Positions 13,237 through 27,800 of a DNA stretch of 64,000 nt are shown piece by piece. Origin of the DNA: Callorhinchus milii (taxonomy: Eukaryota). Numbering within the stretch: the stretch's first letter is position 1; every line of letters begins with the position of its first letter. Made by a program: the position numbers and the translations under genes. The notes under the pieces were generated by a model. That model saw only the letters and a program-made list of their open reading frames with translations. It did not search any database and was not told the DNA's origin. Location: the NCBI RefSeq assembly GCF_018977255.1, contig NW_024704742.1, positions 126,792,001 to 126,856,000 of the forward strand, given 5' to 3'.

Positions 13237-13314
13237 CAGCGTCTCCTTGGAGCAGTAGGACTGAAAATTCTTGGTGATAATGTCAGCGTACTGCAGCAAC
13301 ACTTTGCCCATTGT
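13237..13314 (-). CDS. UNC13B: UNC13B MUN exon, 78 nt
   Basis: [26 protein letters not shown]. Confidence 0.96.
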
Positions 13315-13616
13315 CTATCAAAAGGAGAAAAAGCGAATCTGATGAATTGTCCATCATTTCTGCAATGGGTCAGTCGGGAGCAATGTACAATAAAAAGCAC
13401 TTACCATTTATATAGTGCTTTTCATGTCACAAGTACATTCCTAAACATTTCACCATGGGCTCAGTTAGAAATGAATTGAGTGTTATAACTATTGTACACT
13501 AGGTGAGCAGCCAATTCATTTACATTACAGGTCAATCTGGGTGTGGAAGGAATATAAACTAGCAAAAAGTTCTTTGAAATAATGGTGGAGATGGTCCCTT
13601 TATGGCCACCTGCATT

Positions 13617-13925
13617 ACAACAACAACAAATTACACTTGTATAGCGCCCTTCACATCGGAAAGACATCCCAGGATGCTGGACACTCAGGGATTTGGGACA
13701 CAAGCTGGGATTTAGGGTCAGAAATGGTGGAGAGCAGAGTGGGGGTGGGAGGGTGGCCAAAGGCACTGTCGAAGAAGGACTTTAGATAACAACAACAACT
13801 TGGATTTATATAGTGCCCTCCACGTCGGACTGTGTCTCAGAGCGCTTAGACGGATCTTGAAGGAGGCAAGAGAGGGGGTGAGGCAAAGGGATTGCGAGAT
13901 AGAGTTCCAGAGTTTAAGGGACAAG
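13617..13925 (-). mobile_element. Nested L2-type 3' ends
   Basis: Two (GTT)n-tailed termini at about 13617 and 13788. Confidence 0.7.
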
Positions 13926-14689
13926 ACAGAGGAACATTAACTAATCATTCAAATCGAAGGGATGATGATTTGGAATGTGTTTTTAATTTAAAAAATAATC
14001 TGATTTAATAGTGTATGTTATGCAGGCAAATGCGACAAAATTCACAATGCATCATCAATATAACATGCTTCTATTGTTCTGTTACCAATCTAAACCATGT
14101 TTTAAGAAATCTGTTTTAGCGTACTGCAATCACATGATTATAAAGGAAATGATTGTGAATAGAGTGTTATATGAAACATGCCACTCTGGGCCTGAAATTG
14201 GGCTGGGAAAATTTAATTACTTTTCAAAATAGATTCCAATTATTCTGGGTCATGTGAGATGATCAAATGAATGTATCTAATTACCTCTGGATACCCAACT
14301 TAAACACCACATAATCTTGAACTGAAACATGATTGTGTATTGAAAGGCTCATGACACATTGAGGCAGTGTAGAGCTGATGAACCTAGGTCTTGAGCTATG
14401 TTGAGTTTCTGATCTCAATCCCACCATAGTAAGGCTGTGCTTGCAGACATAGCTGCTTCTCTGCAGGAACAGAATATCAAACCAATGGTCAACTCAAGCA
14501 CAGCTCTGTTGGGACTTGATAACAAATGGATACAGGGATTGAAATCCACTCGTTGTTGAGTGTAGTGATTAACACAAGTGTTTATAATGGTATTTTTCAA
14601 TTTTAATAATAATAATCACATTTAATATTTTAAGTGCACGCTGTCAAACTTAAATAGTGGCAAGTGGAATCATGCTAATAGAAATGTAT

Positions 14690-15065
14690 TACAACAGCAA
14701 CTTGGATTTATATAGCGCCCTCTCAGAACGCTTCACAGTAACGGATCCCAGGGCGGAGTCAGGGGGATGAGGAGGAAGGTGACCAAAGGCGCGGTCGAAA
14801 AGAAAGGTCTTCAGCCAAGACCTGAAAATAGGAAGAAAGGGGGCGAGGTGAAGGGAGTGAGGAAGGGAGTTCCAGAGCCTCGGAGCATAGTGGCTGAAGG
14901 CATGGCCGCTGATGGTGGAGCGGAGGATTCGGGGAACAAGGAGGAGGGCAGACCCGGTGGAGCGAAGGCAACGGACACTGTTGTGAGGAGAGAGGTGGTC
15001 AGAGAGGTAGGTGGGTGTAGAGGAGTGGAGGGATTTGAAGGCAAGCGTGAGGATCTTGAAGTCGA
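14690..15065 (-). mobile_element. Second L2-type family, 3' fragment
   Basis: Near-identical to 24810-25185. Confidence 0.82.
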
Positions 15066-15435
15066 GGTATTATGGAGGTCTGGAGAGGAATTCTTCAGCC
15101 AAATCTTTCTCAGACTGAAAATCCACAGTCTGAGAGAGCATAAACAGTCTTTGAAACAAAAAGGACGGAAAATACAATTGAAAAAAAACCTTCCCAAAAA
15201 CAATTTTAACTTATTTACTCTGATTTTTTCTGCCCTTGTTCAAGCTTCCACTAATGTATGTGGCTCTTAATTTACTGCCAGGACATTCACAAAAATGACT
15301 AAACAGTCAACAGCAATCGTTTTGTGACTTGTTCTATATGAACTAGAAGGTCACACGGTTGATGCTGAGTTAGCTGATCCCAAACTACTTGACATTTTGT
15401 CTCAATTTGCATTAATTTCCATCTGCCCTACCTTA

Positions 15436-15708
<273 letters not shown>

Positions 15709-16492
15709 TCAACACTGGAAAACATACACTTCAACAACAAAAAGCCAAGTGCCTGATGAAAATTATTGTTTTACTAGCTGCACAAATTGATTACTCTTAC
15801 CAGAACACAGAAATTTACAGGAAAGGAAACCATCATTGTGATCCACCTCCCAGTCCCAAAGTTATTATTTTTTAAAAAAAGTAATAGGAATTGTATTGTT
15901 TTACAATCACTTAAGTTCAGTTTTGTGGCCCAACATGAATTTAGATTTATTGTTCTGGTGACTTGTGATGTTCTTTTAGCATAGTTAAGTCAAAGGCAAA
16001 TCACCTTCTTGTGACGTATCAGGTTACTTAGTTTTCTAGAATTGGCGCCCAATTAAATTAGAAAACAAACTGAATTTCCATCTTTTTTACAATATGCTTC
16101 ATGGAAACACTTTTGCTGAAGCAGCACCGTGCTTTCTCCTTCTTCCCTTTGGAATAGTACACTGCATTGGCTCCCAGCAGGAAAAAGAGCGATCTTTCAT
16201 CAAGGCCAGTTATGAGGATGGCTTGAGGTGTGCAGCATTACAGAAAGGAAACAAAGGTACTTGGATTCCCAGGCTAAGAATTACCATGTACATAACACAG
16301 GGCTCAGCATCTTATTCTTTGATACTGCGTAAAGCATTGAGATTGTATGTTCAAGACACATCAAAGGTTTCCAACAAGAAGTCTTTGAGGTTGAATTCAC
16401 ATCAGAATTTCTATGCCAAATTCTCTTTTTGTTTAACATAATTTTGCCTCAAATAAAGAATAGTGAACAAGTCTAATCTGTTGAATACATAC

Positions 16493-16589
16493 CCCATCCT
16501 TTTTATCTCTTTCAAGAGCTCCATGTAAGAACTCCAGTGAAACCTCCTCATTTTCATCCAACCACTGCATTACAAACTGTTCAAACCAT
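16493..16589 (-). CDS. UNC13B: UNC13B MUN exon, 97 nt
   Basis: [32 protein letters not shown]. Confidence 0.97.
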
Positions 16590-17412
16590 CTATATCAAAG
16601 GAGATACTGTCAGCATTAATATGCAAGGAAACAGCAGATCATATCAAGCTGAGTTGATATTACTACCTGGCAACCAAATAAATTGAGCAAAAACACAATG
16701 AACACCAACAAAAATGTTACACTGTTGGAGATGTAGTCTGCATGGCTCTCTCTGCCCAGAATAATGATGAAAATAATGTGGTGTGCTTACACGATATTGC
16801 AGGCATATATTATTGCTGAAGCTCATTAACAAATTATAGATTTTCATACTAAATCCTAATATTGTCAATCATTAAAACTGCCTGGCATTAAAACACACCA
16901 GATAATGTATCCTTCTATTTATCTCATTTTACTCTTCTTTCCTTCAAAGAAAACCTAAATTCAGCTACAATTCACGCAGCATGGAAAAGAGATAATTTAA
17001 TAAATGGGTTATAATTTCAGGATTTTTTTTAAACAATGTTTTCACCTATTATCAAACCTTGTAGGAATATGGAAACAGGAATAGGCCATTCAGCCCCTCA
17101 AACCTGTTCCTCGATTCTATTAGACCATGGCTGATCTGCACCTCAACTCCAAATGTGTCCTTATAAGCACTGCACTTTTTTTCTGCAGTTTATATACAGT
17201 ATATGCTTTAACATATAGTCAAGTGGAAAATAATTTGATTTTTTTTCCCGTAATGAAGAGTATAATGGAACTTAATCTTTTGTTGCTGTCATACATTATC
17301 CATGTGTTTTTTTCTCTGCTCCACAGATGCACACTTCTATTATAGGAGGCTATTAAATGGACTCCTTAATGCGTTTCTTCTAGGTGTCATTATTAGTCTT
17401 AAGAACACTTAC

Positions 17413-17539
17413 GATGGATATTCAGGCACAGTGCCTTTGATAGCTGGAAGATCTTGGACATATTCATTATAAAGCCATTTCACTTTGAAGTGCAAATTCA
17501 TGTAGTCCGCACTTTTACACAGTCTTTGCTTCTCATGCT
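17413..17539 (-). CDS. UNC13B: UNC13B MUN exon, 127 nt
   Basis: [42 protein letters not shown]. Confidence 0.97.
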
Positions 17540-17874
17540 CTGAGGACAAAGACATAAAAAGGCCACATTTTAACCAGTAATTACATGTATATTGTCCTCA
17601 TACCCATCTTCTTTGTATCATGCTATTCATTGTGAAAACTAGAACAGAATCATTAAATGAATTATTAAAATGAAGGATTAAAATACGAGCAAGAAATTAA
17701 TACAGCATTTCATGAAAAGCAACCAAGATTATATTAATTCTCCGCAGTGCATTTATAGATTTATAAATTAGTTAAAACAATCATCAGATTATGAGAACAT
17801 TAAGATGGATTGTACATTTAATATCAACATGGTGCAATTGGTTAATCTACATTTAAATGGAAACAATACAATAG

Positions 17875-18750
17875 ATAACAAAATTTAATTAAAAAGTGCC
17901 TTTCACATCAGGAGGACATGCCAAGGCGCTGAATAGTCAGGAATTAGGGCTCGAGTGGGGTTGGGGAGGTGGGGGGAAGGATTGGGATTAGGGAGCGTGG
18001 AGGGCAGAGAGGGTGGCCGAACGCACGGTCAAAGAGGAAGGTCTTGAGGCGCCTTTAAAGAGGCAAGGGAGGGAGCAAGGCGAAGGGAAAGTGGGATGTA
18101 GTTTCAAAGGGTGGGGGCAGAGAGGCTGTAGGCCCAATCGTCGATGTGGGGGGGGGGGGGGGGGGCTAGGCAGGGGACATGGAGCAGGCCGGAGCCTGCT
18201 GAATGGAGGGAGCGGACAGGTTGCTAAGGGGTTAGCAGGTCGGAGAGGTAGGAGGGGGCAAGTCCATGGACGGCCTTGAAGGTGAAGACCAGGATCTTGA
18301 ACTTTATTCTCTGTGTGATGGGAAGCCAGGTGAGGACGAGAATTTTGAACTCGATCCTCTGAGGGATGGGGAGCCAAAGGAGCCGGGCGAGGGTGGGAGT
18401 AATGGGGTCACGGACCCTGGTGCAGGAGAGGACATGAGTTGCAGAGTTCTGGATGATCTGCAGCTTGTGGAGGGAAACGTTGGGAAGGCCGACAAGTAGG
18501 GTGTTGGCATAGTCGAGCCTAGATATAATGAAGTCATGTATGAGGGCTTCAGGGGCCTGAGGAGTGAGGCAGTGGTGGGGTCGGGCAATGTTGCGGAGGT
18601 TGGGGAAGGCAGAGCGGGTCATGGTACAGATGTGGGGGAGAAAGGACAGTTGAGGATTGAACAAGATGCTTAGGTTCCTGACTGGCTTGGTGAGGTGGAG
18701 TGTGCATCCATGGATGCTGATGCTGTCAGTGTCTGAGGTGCGGAGGCACT
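17875..18750 (-). mobile_element. L2-type LINE 3' fragment with short internal tandem duplication
   Basis: ISRLDYANTLL...IQNSATHVL...WLPIPQRIEFKILVLT-WLPITQRIKFKILVFT. Confidence 0.9.
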
Positions 18751-21700
18751 TCCTTGCGGAAACCTTCTTTAACAGAATTAGAGACGGTCCTTATGCAAGT
18801 CTGCAAAATAGTTAATACTTTACAGGGATAAAATGGATTAATTTAAGCTTGTTACTTTCATGATTATTTAGGAGATAAATAATGGACCCAGTAGGTCAAA
18901 AGTCAGGATATAGCATGTTGTATGAATTAAATCAATTTAAAGAGTGAAACTGTGACACATTTCAGATCTACTGAAATATTATATTTCAGACACGTTGCCT
19001 TGATACGTTCCAACTTTTATACATGTCACAGTCAAGAATCTGCTGCTTGGGTCTTAATTCCCACAATTAAACTATAATTGTAGTAGCATTACCCACCTAG
19101 TCTTTTCACTCATATGTACTCATTATAACAGTAATGGTACCCAAACCTAATTATGCAGTATTTGCAATACTGAATGGACAGCCTTGGTTATTATGGCTAG
19201 AATAGTTGCACGTTAAACACACATAAATATCCAGTGTCATACAAATACATATTGAATTGGTTATTTCTTATACTGCTACGGGAGAAATGATCATTAGAAT
19301 AAACTTTATAGCACAAAAGGCAGCCATTTGGCCCATCGTTATCAAACCACACATTAGGATGGACCATTTGAATTTCCAGAATGCAAAGCAGTGCTTACAA
19401 TATGTTAAGTCCTATTTATGCAAAACAGTTTAATAGTCAGCATAATAAATATATTTTATATAAAAGTATCTACAGATTGTCTATAGGTGGCAATACATAC
19501 ACCTACCAATATATTACTTGCATATTCAGCCTCCTTTTTAAATTTATTTTAATTTTGCATTTTATGAAAACATATCTTCGCCAAACAGCATGTTGAATCA
19601 GACTACAGATTTTTCAGTAGTTTTATACCTCCAATATCAAAAACATTTTGAGGAGGTATAATTCTAATTTACACATCACACATTCCCACAGAAATTCCCC
19701 TCCTCTAGAATTTTTCCCTTCAATTTTATCACATTTCCTCTCATCCCTTGAAGCCTGGACCAATGATGAAAGAGAGCATAAATAATGTCTCCATTGTTAC
19801 AAGTAAATCATAAGATTGAACCAGAAAAAGGGTGGATATTCTGGAAGGATGAAATGAGATGCGCCAAACTAATCTAATCTTGTGAACCAGTTCAGCTCCT
19901 GGAGACCCTATTTACTTACCCCAAAGAAGATAATCACAAGTTGGTCACAAATCTTGTGATGAATGGTGCTAAGTATATTTGCATACTATCAACAGTACAA
20001 ATATTTATGGAATAAATTTATCTTCTCGCTCATTTTAGTGCATTGCTGAATATATATCACTCATTAGCTGCTGGATTCATGAATTACAGCTCTTTTTCTA
20101 CTCTGGAAATTAAGCTAGCAATTCCAAGTTACCATTGTGTGATGAATTATAGCACATCATTTATTTTTAAATGTTGAAACCTGTAGATGGTGGATAACTA
20201 TCTTGAGCAAGCAATACTAAATTTAGATGAGCTAAATATATCACCAGGGATGGGTGATTAAATGATTAACAAGTATGAACTGAACATGTGAGAATCTCAG
20301 TCTCAATTTAACTTAATATCTATGCAAGATGAGCCCGGGTTCCTTTGCAATTAGGCAATTACAGTGTGGACGTTAAATGAGACATTACCTAGAAATTAGA
20401 ATCATAAAGCCGAGACAAGTTTCAGTGTGCCGACACATGACCCTTTTGTTTTAAATGATTAATCTTTCCCCGAAATTTCAATATGAAGCAACATTTAAGA
20501 TGGCAATTAAGAAAACAAACCAGCAGCTCTTTCTCAAGCAGTCAACTAATCCAACTTATTCGCTATTGGTAATTATTCAGTGCACTGGATTCTCAATAAT
20601 TAAATCCAAAGATGAATTCTTTGATAAGCATAGTCAGAGTTTTTGGTTTCAACTGTTAACCAGGAACTAACAGCACCGACAAAACACACAATCACTACAT
20701 TTCACAGTGAATCCTGAGAAAATTCTGAGAATTTACTGAGAAAAAGGCAGTTTAAACTGTGCACCCAATGAAGCGGTCTGCTTTTAAACCAAAATTGTTT
20801 AGATTAGGAAGCTGATTTTTTTTGCTCAGGTGGATAACTGATACATGCAGAAACCCAGCGCCATGCTTAAGAGTTTATAAACCAGACTGAGTTCCACTTA
20901 TATGCCACCACACATGGCAAGTTCCCTGTGACAGGAATGAAATGTACATTCTCTCCCTGGAGGGAAGCATCATAGTTAACTAAATCTGGAATGTATTAGA
21001 TGCAGGTTGGCAACAGCTAAGACTTGTTGGCCCAAAATTGTGTGTTTGTATAATACTTGAATTTAACCAGCTAAAACCACTTAACTTGCCATTAAGACAC
21101 TGTATGGCATGTTTCCCACTGACCACCCTATCCATTAGGGCTATTGCTTGCTGGGTAAACAGGAGCTGAGTGGGAAAAATCCTGCAACCAACAACAACTT
21201 GCATTTATACAGCTCAGATCCTGGAGACCCTTCTTACTTCCTCCCCTAAAAGAGGATAGTCAATACTCGGTCATTTGATAATTTGACAAGTGCAGGTTTG
21301 AGCCTTCGCTAATTGGACAGAGGTCACCAGGAACTGTCTGGGAGCAGCACAGCTCAGCAAGAAAGCTGATCTTGAACTGAACACTGACATAAATAAATGG
21401 GTATACAAAGATAAGCCAACTTTTGGATAACAAGTCTTATATCCCTATCGGACTGTACAATCAAGATCACACTAGACTGAATGAAAAACAACAGTGCACA
21501 GGAATAGAAATACTCTACAATGTTACCTTGCTCACAATGGCCACAATCGAAAATAGATGGAACCATATACCTGGACTTCACATTTCAATAACTGAGGTAA
21601 ACTGAATTATTTTTTAATTATTTGAAGTGAATTAAAACACAGTAAATTAGAACTAGAACACATACTCTCTGCTGCAAGACACTAGTAATTGCTATGAACG

Positions 21701-22074
21701 TATAAGATCTCCAGTTAAGTAGGGAAGTCACAGATGATGTCTAGTTTTCTAATTAAAGGAGATTATGACTATAGCACTCTGGGTTGCTAGATTTTTTTTG
21801 CATTTTAGTAGCTAAATCCATTCCATAGATCTACTTCGAAGGCAGGAGCTACAATGAAAAAGGATAATGTGGAGGAAAGTGTATATCTTACCACCGTAGA
21901 AGAACACTTTGCGAATACGAAACACAGCTGGGGCTTAAGGAATGAACAGACACGAATGCAGGGAACAAAAGATGAAACATAGTAAAATGTAAAGATAAAG
22001 GAAATGAGGTGAGAAAGGCAAGCACAAGTAACAATAAATAGCATTGAACAGAAAATATCAATAAAGCAGATAAT

Positions 22075-23380
22075 TGGTGCTGAACAGTCGGGGATCCGGA
22101 CCTGAGCGAGGGGGGGGCATGATTGGGATGAGGGAGGGAAGGCAGCTAAAGGAACAGTCGAAAAGGAGGGTCTTGAGTTGTGCCTTGAAGGGGGCAAGGG
22201 AGGGAGCAAGGCAAAGTGACTTCGGATGGAGTTCCAAAGGGTGGGGCAGAGAGGCTGAAAGTCCGGCTGCCGATGGTAGAGCAGGTTGGGTGGGAGACCT
22301 GGAGCATGCTGGAGCCTGCTGAGTGGAGGGAGTGGACAGGTTGATGGGGGGGGGGGGGGTCCAGCAGGTCAGAGATGTAGGAGGGGGCAAGGCCGTGGAG
22401 GTCCTTGAAAGTGAAGACGAGGATTTTGAGTTCTATCCTCTGAGGGATGGGGAGCAGTGGAGCCGGGCGAAGGTGGGGATGATGGGATCACGGAGCCTGG
22501 TGCGGGAGAGGACATGAGCTGCAGAGTTCTGGATGATCTGCAGCTTGTGGAGGGAAGAGTCGAGAAGGCCAACAAAGAGAGAGTTTCCGTATTCGAGCCT
22601 AGAGATGACGAATGCTTGCACAAGGGTTTTGGCGGCCTGAGGGGTGAGGCAGTGGTGGAGTCGGGCAATGTTGCAGAGGTGGGGGAAGGCAGAGCGGGTC
22701 GTGGCACGGATATGCAGATGGGGCCTGACCCCGGCCGGAGCTGCTCCGTCACAAACCACTCAGAGCGCACCCACCAGGTAGCCCACGAGCACACCCAAAA
22801 CTGACTGAAGTAAGGAAACAGAAGGACGCTTGAGATGTAACCAAAGAGCGTCCCGAAACATGTGCGGTTATGGTGCACATCGGGGCACCTTCCGCAAGTG
22901 GCAAGTGCACCTTATCAGGGTGTGTGCAGGCACGCACATGAATGTGGTGTACACAGGGGTGACTCCTGACTGTTTTGAAGGGAGCGTCCCAAAAAACGTG
23001 TGCTCAACCTATGTGCGGTGAAGGAGTATACTGTAAACAACTGAATGTTGTATCGGGAGGAAGGGAAAAATTGTAACAGAAGATGTTGTGTTTGTTTTGG
23101 ATTTCTATTGTACTAAATACATTTATAAATATATATTTTTTTTAAAAAAAGGTGCCTGAGGTGTGGAATGCCTGGAGTTGAGGATGGAGGCAGAGAGATA
23201 GAATTGGGTGTCATCCGCATACATGTGGAAATTGACCCCATGTCTGCAGATTATGTCACCAAGGGGGAGCATGTAGAGGTTGAAGAGGAGGGGACCGAGG
23301 ACAGAGCTCTGAGGAAACCTGCACAAGACTGTGCGGGGCTGGAAGAGAAACTGTTGGTGGAGACAAATTGGAGACGGTTT
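22075..23380 (-). mobile_element. L2-type LINE in two pieces (22075-22715, about 23168-23380) around an unrelated insert
   Basis: RT motifs [19 protein letters not shown] and HMYADDTQ in the upper piece; SRLEYGNSL in the lower piece. Confidence 0.85.
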
Positions 23381-24089
23381 GTCTCATCAATGGAGTAATG
23401 GCCTCAATCCCAGAAGAAGCCAGATGAATCAACAATTTAGATTTAACTACTTCATCCAGTGGATACGTCAGTTCCCAAGAGATAGTTGAGACAGATTGTA
23501 CTACCAATTACAAAAGGGAATAAGATAGATCTATACTGAGGTGGAGACTTTGTGGAGAGAAAGAAACAGCAAATGGTAATGATCTTTTACAAACTTGTGC
23601 GCTCCTGTATTCTTAAGCAATATCATGTCCAGAAATGCTGTCCAAACAAAACAAATTGTCAGTTTTATTCTTGCAGGTTTCAATATTTGTTACAAATACA
23701 CAGTCAATCCACTTTACAGTACATCCTGTGAAGTGAGTTGAGATTTCTCAGTGACGTGATAAGACGCTTTATAAAAGCAAGAATTATTAATATTCAGTGA
23801 AGCAATATAACCCAATATAATGCAATTTTTTATCCCCCAAATCAAACCATGCTCAATTGCAAAGTGATAATTTTAAAAAATCGTTAAAGTGTTAATATTA
23901 AATGGAACTTAATTCAAATATGACAGACTGCAATGAAAACAGGTGGCTTTCGTACAGGATAACATCTTTTGACATTTGCAGAATAATCGCCTATCAAATA
24001 CAATTAAAATTCTTTACAACTGTCAGAATCATGATTGAACTCAACGAACCAAAAGATTTCTAAACTGAAATTCTTTTTCCGGAGACAAG

Positions 24090-24410
24090 GCATTTTAAGG
24101 GGCTTTGAAAATTATGAAAAGTTTAATAAAGTGGACATAAATATGCTGTTTCCACTTGTTGGTGTGTCCATAACAAGGGGGATTAAATATAAGATAGCCA
24201 GTAGAAGACCTAAAAGAGTTTAGGAGGAACTTCTTTACACAAAGAATGGTGAGAATATAGAACTCACTGAGAGAAACTGTGGTTGAAGGAGAATGCATTA
24301 ATCTATTTAAGAGGAAACTCAATGCATACATAAGGGAGAAGATTCCTGTGGAATATAGACACAGATTTAGCCTATGTTTGCTGAATGGCCTATTTTTGGT
24401 ATTATATAGT
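24090..24410 (+). mobile_element. Old CR1-type 3' fragment (others near 6385-6670 -, 38393-38600 +, 55650-55990 -, 56968-57130 -)
   Basis: aggaacttctttacacaaagaatggtgaga and gctgaatggcct 3' UTR motifs. Confidence 0.75.
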
Positions 24411-24799
24411 CTCTGTAATTCCATTTAAATCGCAACCGAGACGTTACAAGCTGGAGCACTGGGTTCTCAAAATACAAAAGAAAATCCAGGGCTTGAATGA
24501 CATTATCGATCGGCGTTCCTGCAAATCAGCTTTTGTTTCAATTATCTCAAGGAGAGGAACCAGGAAGAGATATTTTCCTGTGTTATTTAAGTACATTTTC
24601 TGTGCGGACCGAAGAAATTTACAAATGATTTTAAGGAGCTATCATGCAGACAGCGATCTGTTAGTCTAGAGTGTGGGTGGGCAGAGAGAAAGATAGAGAA
24701 AGACTAAATGGGAAATAACCTAGAAATATACCTTTTTGCTTTATGGTCCAGAGAAATTTGATAACTATTAATTCTTCTCTTCTATGCAACAGCAATCAC

Positions 24800-25760
24800 C
24801 ACCACCAACAACAACTCGCATTTATATAGTGCACTTCATGCCAGACGGCGTCTCAGAGCGCTTCACAATAACGGAGCCAAGCCAGGGGGAGGGGGAAGAA
24901 GGTGACCAAAGGCGCGGTCGAAAAGAAAGATCTTCAGCCGAGACCTGAAAATCGGAAGAGAGGGGGTGAGGTGAAGGGAGTGAGGAAGGGAGTTCCAGAG
25001 CCTCGGGGCGTAGTGGCTGAAGGCACGGCCGCCAATGGTGGAGTGGAGGATTCGGGGGACAAGGAGGAGGCCAGACCTGGTGGAGCGAAGGCAACGGGCA
25101 CTGTTGTGAGGAGAGGAGTTCAGAGAGGTAGGGGGTGCAGAGGAGTGGAGGGATTTGAAGACAAGAGTGAGAATCTTGAAATCGATCCTCTCTGGGACAA
25201 ACAGCCAGTGCATTCCGGCAAGGACTGGGGTGATCGGGAAGTGGAATTTGGTGCGGGTAAGAATACGGTGGAAGAGTTCTGGATGACCTGGATTTTATGA
25301 ATGGTAGTTGAGGGGAGACCGGTGAGGAGGGCATTTTAATAGTCCAGCCGAGAATTGACAAAGGCATTGACCAGAATTTTGGCGGCTTTTGGAGTGAGTT
25401 ATTGGCGGAGATGGGCAAAGCGTCGGAGGTGGAAGGATGCGGTGCTGGTGAGGGACCGGATGTGCGGGAAGAAGGATAATTGGGGGTTGAACCTGACACC
25501 TAGATTGCGTACGGGTTCGGAGAGTTTTAGGGGGAGGTCGGGTAGGTGGAGGAGATGAGAACCATGCGATTTTAGACGTTGACGAGAGCCAAAGAGTATG
25601 GCTTCCGTCTTGTCAATATTTAGCTGAAGGAAGTTTGCACTTATCCAGCTCCTGAGGTCTGACAGGCAGGCTAACAGAACATCAAGGGACTGGGGGAAAA
25701 ATAGAGTTGGGTGTCGTTCGCATACATGTGGAAGTGTACCCCATGTCTGCGGATGTCACC
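24800..25760 (-). mobile_element. Second L2-type family, about 1-kb 3' fragment
   Basis: FHMYA.DTQ remnant near 25720; ERIDFKILTLVFKSL...IGGRAFSHYAPRLWNSLP. Confidence 0.88.
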
Positions 25761-26262
25761 AATTACTAGTTCTTCATTTAATAAAATCAAAACTCAGTTT
25801 TAGCAGATATGTGTGGGGTGGAGGGAAGGGGAGGCAGATAAAACTCAATTAATTTGCCATATTTGCAAACCAGAACTTGCAATCCATCATGAATTGCAAG
25901 CTCTGGTATGCAAAACTTCGGGCTCACAAATCTCCAACTAAAGTCCATAAAATGACGGGAGAGAAACAACCAAGGGTTTTACTTGCGGGCCTTGGATTCA
26001 CAATTTGCAGGCCACGAATCTCATAAACTAGAAGGCATAATTAACACAACATAATACAAATTAGCCCCCAACCACAATACAACAGTTCGTCATATTTCAT
26101 CAATCTTTCAAAGTATCATTGTCATTGTACACTTTAGCCTGGGGAACTCAATGAGCAGGTACTGCACTGACAAAATCACTCACCAGTTCCTACTTTTACA
26201 ATGCAAAAAAGCAACATTTATTCCATATTCAAATGGGTAAAAAGTTCCAGTTTTACACCTAC

Positions 26263-26348
26263 CTTCCATCGCATATTTCATGTCCTGTGCAAAGAGGTTC
26301 CACATTACTTCGGCACTTATCTTTCCTACATTTAACTCCTGAGGAAAC
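26263..26348 (-). CDS. UNC13B: UNC13B MUN exon, 86 nt
   Basis: [28 protein letters not shown]. Confidence 0.97.
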
Positions 26349-26519
26349 CTGAAAGGAAGTACATCGCAACATAAGAGAAATAAAACAAGGGACAAAAGCA
26401 AGCCAGCAGCTATATAAACAGCTATATAAGCAGTTCAACAAACACCTGGCTCCTGCATTATACTGCACACACAATAACTCTACTGTCAAATCTTTAACAG
26501 CCTGACAGATACAGTCTAG

Positions 26520-26922
26520 ATTCAGCCTTGTCGCTATCTCATCTTGGATGAAAAGGTTGTGGATTCAGGCCCACATTAGGACTTGAGCTTAAGAGACCAG
26601 CCTTACACTCCAGTAAAGCACTAGGGGAAAGCATTGTCGGGGGTGCCATCTTCTGGATGAAACATTCAGCAAAGGTCCTGTCTGTCTGTTCAGGTGAATG
26701 TTACTGATACTATTCAATACTGAGAATAGAATAGAGACTAAGTCTTGGCCAACAATAATCCAGCTAAATTGTTCATTGACTTCATGTCTGTTTGTGGTAC
26801 CTTGCTGTGGCAATATAATTGCTGTGTTTGCCTACAAAAAAACACTTGACAGTAAATACATGTAATGCTTTTAAACAGTTCAGCATTAAAGGAGTGTTTA
26901 CAAATGCAAGGATTATTATTTT
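26520..26922 (+). mobile_element. Old Deu-domain-type SINE
   Basis: gcattgtcggggtgccatcttctggatgaaacatt...ggtcctgtctgtctgttcaggtgaatgtta...tgtggtaccttgctgtg resembles DeuSINE core as recalled; similar copy at about 8790-9470. Confidence 0.6.
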
Positions 26923-26986
26923 CAACTGAGCCAAATCCTGTCTTCTACTGATCTCTGAAAATGAAACTTCCAGCAAAGGCTACTGT

Positions 26987-27305
26987 GGACTCTTGTAGCT
27001 CAGTGGTTAGAGCACTCGCCTTGCAAGTGAGACACCTGGGTTCAATTCCAGACAGGGCAAAAACTTGGCCAAGTTTCCTTACTCCACACACCTAATAATA
27101 ATCCCTCCAAAACAAAACAATAATAAATTGGTCATTTTCAATCCACGACCGTTTGTGGAACACTTCTGTGCGCAATTAGCTGCTGCATTTCACCCACAAA
27201 TATACAGTCAATTCACTTTACAGCATATTCTGTGAAACGCTTTGAGACGTCTAGAAGACGTGAAAAGCGCCATATCAAATGTAAGGATTATTATTATTAT
27301 TATAA
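26987..27305 (+). mobile_element. Same SINE family, full length
   Basis: ggactcttgtagctcagtggttagagcac...aaggattattattatt. Confidence 0.92.
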
Positions 27306-27800
27306 TGAGGAGGACCTGGAACCCTGCCCTGAATGTCCCTTCCTGAGACCTGTCCTCCCAGAACACAATGAGATTTATTGTTTAGCCCACACCTCTGAAC
27401 CAGCTAAGATCAGCTAACTCAGCAAATTTGGGATTGAACCTGGGACTTTATTGCTCTGTACACTAAGTTCTATAATGGATAATGTATTTACCAACTGACC
27501 CAACAGGTAAGCCTGAAGGAATCACATTTAATCCAAGCAAACATCTTCTCAGACATTTTTATGTGCTTTTGACAGATCTCTAAAATGTGAAAGGGCACTG
27601 CAATAGACTTATAGCTGGGATTTAATTGTGTGGACAAATCATTAAAATAAGACACGTTTCTATTATAGCAGCAAATGTTTCACTGGAATTGAAGTTGAAA
27701 AAGTAGTTCTCATGCTATCTGGCACCTTGATGCCCACAATTAACCTGTGTGCTTTTGCAACCCAACCGTACAGAAATAATGAAAGTGAGTTTCTACTCAC

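Noticed and set aside
18147..18165. Poly-G runs (also near 22345) as G-quadruplex elements
   Set aside because: Homopolymer expansions inside L2 copies; no evidence of function.
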